Assembly: GCA_964016885.1 (NCBI GenBank)
Contig: OZ024763.1
Location: 27,900,001-27,964,000 of the forward strand
Reading direction: 5' to 3'
DNA: 64,000 nucleotides
From: Eledone cirrhosa
Lineage: Eukaryota
Shown: positions 45,485 through 58,455 of the stretch, piece by piece
Numbering within the stretch: the stretch's first letter is position 1
Layout of the letters: the number at the start of each line of letters is the position of its first letter
Translations under genes and position numbers: made by a program
The notes under the pieces: model-generated
Databases searched by the model: none
The model's input: only the letters and a program-made list of their open reading frames with translations
Told to the model about the DNA's origin: nothing

Positions 45485-45603
45485 CTACACACACATAAAC
45501 AGTAGTATTAAGACATTAATCAGAAACAACATTTAATGAAATGGAGGTCTGTAGTGAAAGGACAAATGTTGAAATAACACAACTGTATTTTTGTGGATGG
45601 ACC

Positions 45604-45635
<32 letters not shown>

Positions 45636-45954
45636 GAGGGAGGGGGGGGGGGGTGAGGGGGAGAGGGATAGAGAGTGAACTAGAGAGAGAGTAACTGAGA
45701 GAGAGAGTGAAAGACAGAGAGAGTAACATGGATAGATGATAGACAGAGAGATACAAAGATAGATAGATAGATAGATAGATATACAAACAGATAGATAGAT
45801 AGACAGATAGATGCCTATAGGGATTTGTTTGTCTTTTCCCCTCCATTTCTCGAAGGTATGAATCAGGAGTGGCATGTATCAATGAAATATATCATTGGAT
45901 GGATATGTGAATCGGTGGATGGTAGTAGGGTGTTCTATAGAGATGATGGCTTAC

Positions 45955-46053
45955 CCTGTGTACATAACTCATTTCTGACAAATATTTCATACCAGACGAA
46001 ATGCCCCTCATCATACCGATTAATTGAAGATAGGAAAATGTCCCGTCATTGTT
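45955..46053 (-). CDS. Eph: Eph kinase exon, 99 bp (not in the ORF track)
   Basis: ttctag|AAC AAT GAC...CAC AGG|gtaagc. Encodes [33 protein letters not shown]; phase 0/0. Confidence 0.96.
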
Positions 46054-46105
46054 CTAGAAGCAAAGAAAAAAACAGTAAAAATGCAATGATAAACAATGTT
46101 TAGAA

Positions 46106-46364
46106 CAGTCTTGGGCAACCAGCAGCCCGTGAATCTTTCTGAATGGCTCGCCTAAGTCACCAAAGTGAAATCTTTCTAATTTTTTTACCTCAACTTTTCA
46201 GTTATAATTTATCTTTCTATAATTTTTATAATCAAGGAAAACAATGTATACGAATTCTGAAGAAACAAATCAAAACAACCTGACTTAGCACCCTTTTTTT
46301 TATGTTGAAATGTATGTAAATTAGCGCCTGCCGCCCGCTTCTCGAAAAAGGTTGCCAATACCTG
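46106..46364. mobile_element. hAT-type MITE ~52 nt from the acceptor of the 99-bp exon
   Basis: CAGTCTTGGGCAACC ... GGTTGCCAATACCTG; degenerate 8-bp TSD gtttagaa/gcttagag. Confidence 0.65.
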
Positions 46365-47380
46365 GCTTAGAGTTTACTATTGAGACTCAAGAATAATATA
46401 GCAGAACATATACAAGGGTTGGCTGACCATTTCACTCATATATGTACTCATAACCCTTTAGCATTTAAACCGGCTGTATCTGGCCAGAATTTTTTCACCT
46501 CTTTCTGTTCAAACTGGTCATAACTGGCTACTCATACTTACGTCAAACTATTGTTTCTTTCCAGAGACTATGTTGAATAATATACCTCATTTGGACATTC
46601 CATGACAGTGTCTTGGTCATCTTAAGAAGGAATGATGTTAGAGCTGTGAAATCCTGCATGCATTAATTTCAACTCTTCTCATTAATAACAGCATTAGTCT
46701 TTTTTTCACATTGCTAACCTTTCTAGATTGTACTAGGTGCATTTTATCATGGCAACATTAAAGAGGTTGTCGACCCTCTGACAATATAGACAACCCTCTG
46801 TAAAGATAATTGTTTCTACTTTAGGCACAAGGCCAGCAATTACCCAGTGCATTACTGGTATTTTATTTTATCGACCCCGTAAGGATGAAAGGCAAAGTCA
46901 ACCTCGGCGGGATTTGAACTCAGATCGTAAAGATAATGTCTTTTTGGACTCAGATCTGTAAAGATAATGTCTTTTTTTCAGAATCCTTCCAGAGTGTACT
47001 TGGTGCATTTTATCAAACATTAGAGAGGTTATTATGCCACCTACAAAACAAAATTGAACATTCTACCTCAGTGGTAAGAAACTTTCAAGTGAGCTGGACA
47101 GGAGGTCTTCAGAGAAGAAACCCCTCTCATGAAAATATTTTGGCCATTAACTTCTAGAATACCAACCACTTTATGGAATGACGAGAGTGCATGTATTTTA
47201 TAGTGACACCAGCATTAGAAAAGTGGTTATGTCTTTGATAAGAATAACAAGCAATCTCTACTCTATCAAACTCTCTGTTTGATCTGTAGCCAGTTTACAG
47301 AGTGTACTGGGTGTAAATTGTTTAACATACTACCAAAATATGAAAATGATGCAGAAATTCCAACCAATTTTTCTACTCAC

Positions 47381-47442
47381 CCTCAAGAAAGTATCCAATG
47401 AGCCATTTGCCATGTACTCTGTTACTATCATAATAGGATGAC
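47381..47442 (-). CDS. Eph: Eph kinase exon, 62 bp (hinge)
   Basis: tttcag|GT CAT CCT...TTG AGG|gtgagt. Phase-1 join A+GT = Ser. Encodes SHPIMIVTEYMANGSLDTFLR. Confidence 0.96.
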
Positions 47443-47544
47443 CTGAAACAGAAATTAAAAAAAAAAAAACAATAATAATAATAACAATTACAATAGTAAT
47501 GATAATAATAATGGTTTCTTTATTTATAATAATAATAATAATAA

Positions 47545-48210
47545 TTTCTAGTATAGGCACAAGGCCAGTAATTTGAGGAGAAGGTAAAGTCGATTAAATT
47601 GACCCCAGTGCATTACTGGTGCTTTATTTTATCGACTCTGTAAGGATGAAAGGCAAAGTTAACCTCAGCGGGATTTGAACTCAGACCATAAAGGGCCGTA
47701 ACTCTATGCTGGAAAGCATTGTGTCCGACGCTCTACCGATACTGCCAAACCACCAATAATAATTGTTTCTACTATTGGCACAAGGCCAGCAATTACCCCA
47801 GTGCATTACTGGTACTTTATTTTATCGATCCCCCCCCCCCCGTAAGGATAAAAAGGCAAAGTTAACCTCGGCGGGATTTGAACTCAGACCATAAAGGGCC
47901 GTAACTCTATGCTGGAAAGCATTGTGTCCGACTCTCTACCGATACTGCCAATCCAACCACCCTAATAATAATACACACCAATAATAATAATAATTGTTTC
48001 TACTTTAGGCACAAGGCCAGCAATTACCCCAGTGCATTACTGGTACTTTATTTTAATAATAATAATAATAATTGTTTCTACTTTAGGCACAAAGCCAGCA
48101 ATTACCCCAGTGCATTACTGGTACTTTATTTTAATAATAATAATAATAATTGTTTCTACTTTAGGCAAAAGGCCAGCAATTACCCCAGTGCATTACTGAT
48201 ACTTTATTTT
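47545..48210 (-). mobile_element. SINE family 1 cluster: two full copies plus three tandem ~70-bp 3' fragments
   Basis: Repeated ttgtttctactttaggcacaaggccagcaattaccccagtgcattactggtactttatttt units separated by (AAT)n. Confidence 0.85.
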
Positions 48211-48441
48211 AATAATAATAATAATAATAATAATAGATAAAAATAATATTAAACAAATGAATGAAATGAAAATAGGGAGCCAGAGGTTTTGGGTGTTTAG
48301 GGAGGAGAGGGAAAGAGAGAGGTGACATCATTATTGGTTTAAAATGGCTGACTTTATTAGGTTTATGAAAACACACATGTAAACAAACACAGACATACAC
48401 AGACACACAGACACACAGAAACATACTCAGTAACACACAGA

Positions 48442-48481
<40 letters not shown>

Positions 48482-48529
48482 AATAGTGACACACATACAC
48501 ACACAGAAACATTCTCTGTGACACATAGA

Positions 48530-48573
<44 letters not shown>

Positions 48574-48592
48574 GAAACAGTGATATACAGAG

Positions 48593-48633
<41 letters not shown>

Positions 48634-48682
48634 GGCATACATTGACACACATACACAGACATACTAAGTGACATACACAGAC

Positions 48683-48783
<101 letters not shown>

Positions 48784-49433
48784 CATACATTGACACACAT
48801 AGACACACACATACACACACACAGACACATATGTACACACACTTAAACAGAAACAGACACATAGACACACACATACACACACACATTGTTAGAAACACAC
48901 AGACGCACACACAGACAGATACACATACAGACACACACATTGATAGAAACACACACACACATAGATACACATAGACACAAACACACATAAACACACAGAG
49001 ACACACACACACACACATTCTCACACTGCCCAATGTCTCCAAGAGCTGTAGCTAGTTATGTAATGATGTGTGACAATTACTTAAATGAGCTGTGACAGCT
49101 AAATTGAGAACAAACTGGCTCTTAAAAACAAAAACAGCAACAACCTGCCCATATATGGACAACAACAATGACAGCAACCTGACCATTCATATAACAACAA
49201 TAACAAAATGGAGTGTGTGTGTGGGGGGGAATTAAAGATCCCCCCACCCCCCTTCGGTCACGAAAGACTATGGAATTCCAGGCAGAAGTCCGGGCAAGGT
49301 TGTTTGTGGAAGACCATAGTCGCCCATGTATACCATCTCCCCTCTCCACGCCATCCCCGATGTTGTCCAAGGGAAAGGCAATGGCTGATAAAACCTGACA
49401 TCAGTGACATCACAACATACACTATATATATAT

Positions 49434-49793
49434 GGAGGCACATGGCTTAGTGGTTAGAGCATTGCCCTTGCAATCGAAAGGTTGTGAGTTCAATTCTCAG
49501 ACCGGGTGATGTGTTGTTTCCTTGAGCAAGACACTTTATTTCACATTGCTCCAGTTTACTCAGCTGTAGAAATGAGATGATAGGGACCCTAGTCCCTATC
49601 ATCTCATTTCTACAGCTGAGTAAACTGCAAAGTGGTCGTGGAGGTGCCACAGCAAAAAAGCACCCAGCACTCACTGTAAATGAGGTTGGTGTTAGGAAGG
49701 GCATCCAGCTGTAGAAATCAAGCCAGAATCAGTTCCCGTCCCACCCTTGCAAGCAGGGAAAAACGGACGTAAAATGAAATGATGATGATGATG
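49434..49793 (+). mobile_element. tRNA-derived CORE-like SINE family 2. Other copies: ~22884-23200(+), 59173-59380(+), 6350-6540(-), 38610-38810(-), 39650-39975(-), 56985-57202(-), 63570-63790(-)
   Basis: A-box TGGCTTAGTGG, B-box GAGTTCAATTC, CORE-like TCCTTGAGCAAGACACTT, tail GTTAGGAAGGGCATCCAGC...(ATG)n. Resembles octopus OR-type SINEs (from memory). Confidence 0.82.
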
Positions 49794-50699
49794 ATATATA
49801 CACTTTATATACACTATATATGATGTTGTCCAAGGGAAAGGCAATGGCTGATAAAACCTGGCATCAATGACATCACAACATACACTATATATATATATAT
49901 ATATACACTTTATATACACTATATATGATGTTGTCCAAGGGAAAGGCAATGGCTGATACAGCTTGGCACCAGTGACATTACAACTCATTTCTACAGCTGA
50001 GTAAACTGGAGCAACATGAAATAAAGAATAAAGTGTCTTGCTGAAGAACACAATGCATCACCCGGTGTCAGAATCAAATTCACAACCTCACGATTGTAAG
50101 CCCCTAGCCTACACCAATAACAATAACAACAGGGATATACACATAACAACAACAGAACTAAATAACCAACTAGTCCATCATCTCTGTAGAGGCCTACAAT
50201 TGTCAAATAAAACTAAATAGATTGACTGAGCCAACTTCACAGACAGACTGATGGATACACGTACACACATTAGCAAAGGGGGTGGACATGAAATTATAAC
50301 ACACATGCACACACACACACATGCATATTCACATACACACACGTGTACGCATTCATACAAAATCATAAATACACACACACACACACACGCGTGAGTGTAT
50401 GTGTGAACCATAGAAACAAATATAAAAATATAAAAATAGCCTGGGGAATGTTGGGAGGGGGGGGGGGCAAATGAAGACTGATAGGAATAAGGAAGAAAAC
50501 TATATAGAACAGATTGATAGAGAGAGGAGGAGGGGAGAGAAAGAGAGAGGAGGAGGGGGGGAAGAGAGAGAGAGGAGAGAAAGGGACAGAGATATTTTTA
50601 TATATATATAGAGAGAGAGAGAGAGGGGAGAGGGGTAGAGGGGAGGGAAAGAGGGAGAGACAGCTTACTATAGAGAGGGGTGAGGAAACGAGAGAGAGA

Positions 50700-51225
50700 G
50701 AGAGATGTTATGTAAGGTGAAGGTTGACCAGAGAGAGAGAGAGATGTGTTATGTAAGAGAGTGGATTGCAGAGGAAGGTAGAGTGGTTATGGTGGTGGTG
50801 GTGATGGGTAAATTAAGAGAGATATGAGATGGGGAGGGGTTAGAGTGAGGGGTGGGGTGGTGGTGGTTAAATTAAGACAGTGATGGGTTGGAAGAAGAGA
50901 GAGAGATAGAGAGAGTGGATTGGAGAGAGAGGTAGAGTGGTTATGGTGGTGGTGGAGGGCAAACTAAGAGAGAGATGGTAGGGGGGTGTACAGAAAGAGT
51001 GGAATGGGTGGGGGGGGGGGCTAAATTAAGACAGTGATGGGTTGGAAGGAGAGAGAGAGTGTGTTATGTAAGACAGTGGATTGGAGAGAAAGGTAGAGTG
51101 GTTATGGTAGTGGTGGTGGTGGTGGTGGTGGAGGGCAAACTAAGAGAGGGGGGGTGTACAGAAAGTGTGGTGTGGGTGGGGGGACTAAATCAAGACAGTG
51201 ATGGGTTGGAAGGAGAGGGGGGGGG
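50700..51225. repeat. ~3 diverged ~150-bp G/purine-rich tandem units
   Basis: ggtagagtggttatggtggtgg...aaattaagacagtgatgggttggaag repeated. Confidence 0.8.
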
Positions 51226-52329
51226 ATAGTTTTATTGTTTGGTGTCAAAACTGTTGGAAGGAATTGGTAAGAATTGGCAACAGAATACAGAACAATACAA
51301 CTGAATTAAGACAATTCTAGCTCCAGCCTACCCCCCCCCCCCCCATCCTCCCCTTCTCCCCCCGTCTTCTCCTCCACTCTCCTACTTCTCACTTTCTATC
51401 CTTCCCTACCTCTCTCTCTCTGTCCTTCTTTCTCTGTCTCTTTCTCACAAGTACACATGGACACACACACACTCCCACATATGTGTGTGTGTGCCTGTGC
51501 TTCTATGTATATATGTATGCATGTCTGTATGTGTGTGTGTGTGTGTATGTGTGTATGTATGTATGTATGGGTACATCATCATCATTGTCACCATTTAACG
51601 TCCATTTTTCCCTGCTTCCAGTGGTCAGACGGGTCGTCCTTGCTGGTATGTATGTATGTATGTATGTATGTATGTATGTATGTGTGTGTGTATGTATGTA
51701 TGTATGTATGTGTGTATGTATGGGTACATCATCATCATCATCACCATTTAACGTCCATTTTTCCCTGCTTCCAGTGGTCAGATGGGTCGTCCTTGCTGGA
51801 GGCAAGTCTGGGCAGGATTGACCATGCTGTACCTTGTTCAGACAGGAATGTGAATTTGGCCTAGGGTCTTTACAGCTGGATGCCCTTTCTAACGCCAACC
51901 ACATTTACAGTGTGGATATATATATATATATATAAAACGGAGGAAATGTGGTAAGGAACCAGGTGGACCATAACGCACCAAAGTACTCAATACTTAGGGT
52001 AGTAGAGTGGGTAATAGGAACGAGTAGGACTCCGACGGCTGAGCTCAAGCCGTTTCGACGGCTAATTCCAGAATTAGCCGTCGAAACGGCTTGAGCTCAG
52101 CCGTCGGGGTCCTACTCATTCCTATATATATATATATATAGCTTGATATCAGTTTGACAATCGCAAGATTGCAAGAAAGTTCTCCAGGAAAGTTAACCAG
52201 GAATCTTTAAAATTCTCCCCATTAAAGGTAAAAAATAACTTACTAGATCTACAAAACCAAATTGTAAAATCGAATTAAATTGTTTAGAACTACAAATCAT
52301 TCTTTTTTTAAATATATATTTCAAATAAA

Positions 52330-52404
52330 ATTTCATTCTGATGAACAATTTCAGACGTCTCTGTTGAGCTTGTCTGTCTTCGTGAAACCTTTGGTAAATG
52401 GAAT
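52330..52404 (+). ncRNA. Type I hammerhead motif with a conventional closed stem III
   Basis: ATTTCATT-CTGATGA-AC..CAGAC...GTCTG..GT-GAAA-CC ttt GG-TA-AATGGAAT. 8-bp stem I (one G-U), GUA triplet. Confidence 0.75.
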
Positions 52405-52796
52405 AATTGTCTTATGTTGTTTATTACATAACTATATATATATATATAGTGAAAAAAAGTGTGGACAAACCAATGTGATCGAAAATCATCATGCAGGAGT
52501 TTTTAACTAAAACAGACTTTAACCTAATAGCAAATGTTTTGATAATCCAAAACGGAGAAAGCAGGCTTTGCTAACATTAATTTTTGTACATTATATATAT
52601 ATAGCAGGTGTGCTTTTCAAAGCCTTTTTTATCATTTTCTTTATACATATATCTCTATATATATATATATACCCTTGCAAGCAGGGAAGAGCGGACGTAA
52701 AATGATGATGATGATGATACAGTAAAATAACGGAGTAGAGGACTTGCATATAATCAAAGGAAAGAGTTTTCCTGGGCACTTTAAAATACAATATCT

Positions 52797-52907
52797 AGAG
52801 GAAAAACACAGGAGAGTGTGTTTTCATTTACAGGATTTTAACCACCCACGTGAAGAGAATATAAGCTAAATCCTCTAAATGAAAACACACTCCTGTGTTT
52901 TTCCTCT
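52797..52907. repeat. Inverted repeat, ~42-bp arms
   Basis: agaggaaaaacacaggag..catttacaggattt / aaatcctctaaatg..ctcctgtgtttttcctct. Confidence 0.85.
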
Positions 52908-53336
52908 CTATATTATCATCATCATCATCATCGTTTAACGTCTACCTTCCACGCTAGCATGGGTTTAGATAGGAATTGTCCCACTTGAAGCAAGATTGGT
53001 TGTCTTGCTCGTATAGGACTGTCTAGCAGGTTTTCTACGGCTGGATGCCCTTCCTAACACCAACCACATTTACATATATATGTGGTGGGGGATAGCTGAG
53101 TCTTACTCCAAAAATATATGTACCCCACTCCCCACCCCAGTCTCGATATGTACCAGTTGTCCAAATCCCCTGCCCCTTTTCATACTAGTCTCACAGGACC
53201 CCAAAATTCATTCCATCACCACCACCCAATCAGTCCCCTCATAAAAGTCCCTTCTATCAAGAGGGATCTCTCCATTCAATATCTTTAAAATCTACCTTTG
53301 CCTTAACCCAAGCTATCGCATAGCCAAACGTTCGCA

Positions 53337-54078
53337 CCACCACTACTACAGCCAACACACTACAACACCACCAACAGTCTCACACTACACCACCACTGCT
53401 ACGGCCAACACACTACAACACCACCAACAGTCTCACACTACACCACCACTGCTACGGCCAACACACTACAACACCACCAACAGTCTCACACTACACCACC
53501 ACTGCTACGGCCAACACACTACAACACCACCAACAGTCTCACACTACACCACCACTACTACAGCCAACACACTACAACACCACCAACAGTCTCACACTAC
53601 ACCACCACTGCTACGGCCAACACACTACAACACCACCAACAGTCTCACACTACACCACTGCTACTACAGCCAACACACTACAACACCACCAACAGTCTCA
53701 CACTACACCACCACTGCTACGGCCAACACACTACAACACCACCAACAGTCTCACACTACACCACCACTGCTACGGCCAACACACTACAACACCACCAACA
53801 GTCTCACACTACACCACCACTGCTACGGCCAACACACTACAACACCACCAACAGTCTCACACTACACCACCACTGCTACGGCCAACACACTACAACACCA
53901 CCAACAGTCTCACACTACACCACCACTGCTACGGCCAACACACTACAACACCACCAACAGTCTCACACTACACCACTTCTACTACGGCCAACACACTACA
54001 ACACCACCAACAGTCTCACACTACACCACCACTACTACGGCCAACACACTACAACACCACCAACAGTCTGACACTACT
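53337..54078. repeat. 53-bp minisatellite, ~14 near-identical copies
   Basis: Unit ccaccactgctacggccaacacactacaacaccaccaacagtctcacactaca. Confidence 0.97.
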
Positions 54079-54320
54079 CTACCACACCAAACAATTGCCT
54101 ACACAACACACACACACACCGTCTCTCATACATACATCCACACACGCACAGACCAACACAACCCACCACCCACACACAGACACACACATCCATCTACACA
54201 CACACACACACAACATCTTCCCCACACTCACCCACTCTGTCCTCCAAACATCAACCTACACACACACACACACACCGACACATGTATCCACACATACACA
54301 CACAAACACACACACATCAT

Positions 54321-54359
<39 letters not shown>

Positions 54360-54625
54360 CGACACATGTATCGACACATACACACACATCAATCTACACA
54401 CAAACACACCGACACATGTATCCACACATACACACATCAATCTACACACACTGACACACACACACACACCCACATCTGCCCCCCCCCCCCCCAGACCACC
54501 ACCACACCCACTGTCTCCCAGACAACCAGACACAATGTGGAGAAGATAACATGCCAGGAGGAAACAGGAAGACAATTCTTCGTTTATTTAATTTCAAGAG
54601 AAAAAACAACAACAACAACAACAAC

Positions 54626-54674
<49 letters not shown>

Positions 54675-54744
54675 GTAATAATAATGATTCAGTACATTGA
54701 ATTATATTACTTCATTGGTGGCAGCTTGTGTATGTATGTATATG

Positions 54745-54769
54745 TGTATACATTTTGGGGGACACCCTG

Positions 54770-54808
<39 letters not shown>

Positions 54809-54832
54809 ATTAACAATTTGTCCTTGTATTGT

Positions 54833-54866
<34 letters not shown>

Positions 54867-55054
54867 GATATCCCCCAAAAATATATACACTTATTTATTA
54901 GAATGCTGTTGAAGTATGTATACATTTCTTTTGGACACCCTGTATATATACATATATATATATATATATAGATATATACAGGGTGTCCCCCAAAAATATA
55001 TACACTTATTTATTAGAATGCTGTTGAAGTATGTATACATTTCTTTTGGACACC

Positions 55055-55096
<42 letters not shown>

Positions 55097-55169
55097 GGTG
55101 TCCTCCAAAAATATATACACTTATTTATTAGAATGCTGTTGAAGTATGTATACATTTCTTTTGGACACC

Positions 55170-55219
<50 letters not shown>

Positions 55220-55292
55220 GGTGTCCCCCAAAAATATATACACTTATTTATTAGAATGCTGTTGAAGTATGTATACATTTCTTTTGGACACC

Positions 55293-55297
<5 letters not shown>
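54745..55297. mobile_element. Tandem array of four 79-bp Tc1/mariner-type mini-MITEs plus a half copy, separated by (TA)n
   Basis: CAGGGTGTCC...GGACACCCTG units at 54864-54942, 54979-55057, 55094-55172 and 55217-55295. Confidence 0.85.
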
Positions 55298-55327
<30 letters not shown>

Positions 55328-55404
55328 TTAAAAACGTCTGTAAGTGTGCTGTACATGTGTATGTATATCTATATGTGTGTATATATGTGCGTGTGTATGT
55401 GTAC

Positions 55405-55474
<70 letters not shown>

Positions 55475-56187
55475 ACATTCTTTGCAGCAGCAGTAATTCC
55501 GTTCCTGAATTCACCAGTTTGTTTTGTGTCAATAACACCACACACACACCACACACCCTACACACACACACACCCTACACACACACACACACACATACAC
55601 ACCACACACACACACAATGTAAACAGACGGTACCAACGTTTTTCCAATTTTCCAACTGCTATTTCAACACCCCTGCACCCCCCCCCCCTACACACACACA
55701 GCCACATACACTCACACAAACACAGCCACACACATACTCTCACACACACTAATAATATCACAACAAGCACATATGCATGACAAGAAATACATACATACAC
55801 ACACACAGACACTCTCACACACACTAATAATATCACATATGTACATATGGAAGATGAGAAATATATACATACACACGTACATACATACACATGTACATAT
55901 ATATATATATATATAAAATAGCAAATACACACACATACACTCAAACACACATTCACACATGTGCATATATATATATATATTTATATATACATGCAATACA
56001 GAAAATATACACACATACACTCACACCATGATGTATAAACACACACAATGTGACAATCACACACACACACACACACACATACATACACAGCTATAACCAC
56101 ACACACATATACACAGAGAATGACAGACAATTGCAAACACTGTTTTTTTTAATTTTTCCAAATCCAACTCTTTCCGTCACTCACTAT

Positions 56188-56220
<33 letters not shown>

Positions 56221-58126
56221 AAATAGACACACACAGATACACACAAACACACAAATAGAAACAGACACACACACGCACACAGATACGCACACATGGTAAT
56301 CAGGCTCACACACACACACATACACATAGATAAAACACACAAGCACAGTGACACACAAATGTATACAGAGGCACACACAGATACGCAGAGACTCAGACAC
56401 ACACACACACACACACACAGATACAATGCACAAACAGAGAGTGACACACACAGAGAATGACACACACACACAGATACAACACACACAAACACACGGTGAC
56501 ACATAACACAAGAGTGCTCCCCCCCCCCACCTTTTCCCAAGTTATCTACTTCACTAATTTAACAAATGCTCCCATTTCACACACAGAGTATTTAGGTTTA
56601 TAAATTTATTTATTTATTTGTTTATTTATTTATTTATCTATTTATTTATTCAATTTCATCCCTGCCCCACCCCACACATTCTGCCAGATTCCCTTCCATT
56701 TCTCTCTGAAATGCTTTCTTTTCAGTGTATATACAAACATCCCACCCAGCCACTCATATATAACATCATCATCATTTAACGTCCATTGTTCCATGCTAGC
56801 TAGCATGGGTTAGATGAGTTTTCCTGTTGTGAGAAATGCTAGGTTTCTACAGCTTGATGTCCTTTCTAAAGTCAACTACATTTACAGTGAGGACTGGGTG
56901 CATTCTGCTTGACACCTACACAACCATTTTACAGTGTGGACTGGGTGCTTTTTTTTTGTGACACCTACATATATATATATATATGAGGAACGATCGACTT
57001 TCGTCAAATCGGACCGAGGAAACAATGTTTCCGTTGGTCTTTCCAATTGCTAATACTATCTATCGGTCGCAACTCCAGGTAGAAGGAGCAACGTGAAATA
57101 AAGTGTCTTGCTCAAGGACATAACGCATCGCCTGGTCCAGAAATTGAACTCACAACCTCACGATTGTGTATCCAATTCTCTAACCACTCAGCCACACGCC
57201 TTTAATATATATATATTAAAATAACAGATTAAAGTTTAAGCAAAGAATCGCTGCTTTCACCCTTAACGGGATCTTCTGAAACTAACAAAGTCAATCTGTA
57301 AACGCAGATGTAAATATTTCAAAAAACGTTGCAGCCGGAGGAAGACAGGAAGACGATACTTTGGTTCGTGGAAACGTTCCCTGGCAAAGAACGGGAAAAA
57401 AACGAATATAATACGTCGAGCCCTCTTTGGATTTTAGTCTTCAAATTTATTATTATTACTATATATATATATATATATATTAAAATAACAGATTAAAGTT
57501 TAAGCAAAGAATCGCTGCTTTCACCCTTAACGGGATCTTAGGTGTTACGACAAAAAGCACCCAGTCCGCACTGTAAAGTGGTTGTGTAGGTGACAACAAA
57601 ACGCACCCAGTACTCACTGTAAATGAGGTTGGAGTTAGGAAGGGCATCCAGCTGTAGAAACCAAGCCAAAAATCTGTTCTGACCTAGTATTGCCTAGAAC
57701 ATGTTAGCAGGGAAAAATGGGTGTAAAACGATGATGATGATGATATATATATAAATAATGTTTAATATGAATCAGTTTCCCCTAAATATTTCTGTTAATT
57801 ATCGACTGTTAGATGTGTTTCACAGATGTTTGGCTCAAGTCATCAGTACTTGGATGCCTGATGACTAGATCACAAATTTGACCACTCTTACATTCTAGAG
57901 ATATGGCCAAAATTTGGCCTTTGTAACCATAGGTAGCACTTTTGCTCTGTGTATCAACATAAATAGACTACTACCTTAACAGTCGAGTATTCTGGTGTGT
58001 TATAGTCCAGCTGGTATCTTACCACACCTTCTTTGTATACATATATATATATATTTATATATATTATGTATATTTATGTATATGGAGGCACGTGGCTTAG
58101 TGGTTAGAGCATTGGCTTTGCAATCG

Positions 58127-58187
<61 letters not shown>

Positions 58188-58222
58188 AAGAAATTAAAAG
58201 ATGGTTAAATAAGTTCCATTTA

Positions 58223-58289
58223 TTTTATTATGCACATTTCAAAAACAAATATCATCCTGGGACGATAGTTGCGTTCTCATCAGATAAAA
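58223..58289 (-). ncRNA. Hammerhead motif, family C, intronic, sense to Eph
   Basis: Minus strand: TTTTAT-CTGATGA-gaacGCAACTATCGT cccagg ATGATATTTGTtttt-GAAA-TGTGCATA-ATAAAA. Confidence 0.72.
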
Positions 58290-58414
58290 TAAGGTAACAT
58301 GATATGATGCCTAAAAAAACACTTGTGAACAACAGAGTGTCCAGTCAACACTCTCTGAGTGCTACTTATCTGATATATGCATCGTTTTATTGTTCTACAA
58401 TAAAACTCACCTCC

Positions 58415-58455
<41 letters not shown>

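Noticed and set aside
49434-49510. tRNA-like A/B boxes
   Set aside because: SINE heads without a full cloverleaf; not tRNA genes.
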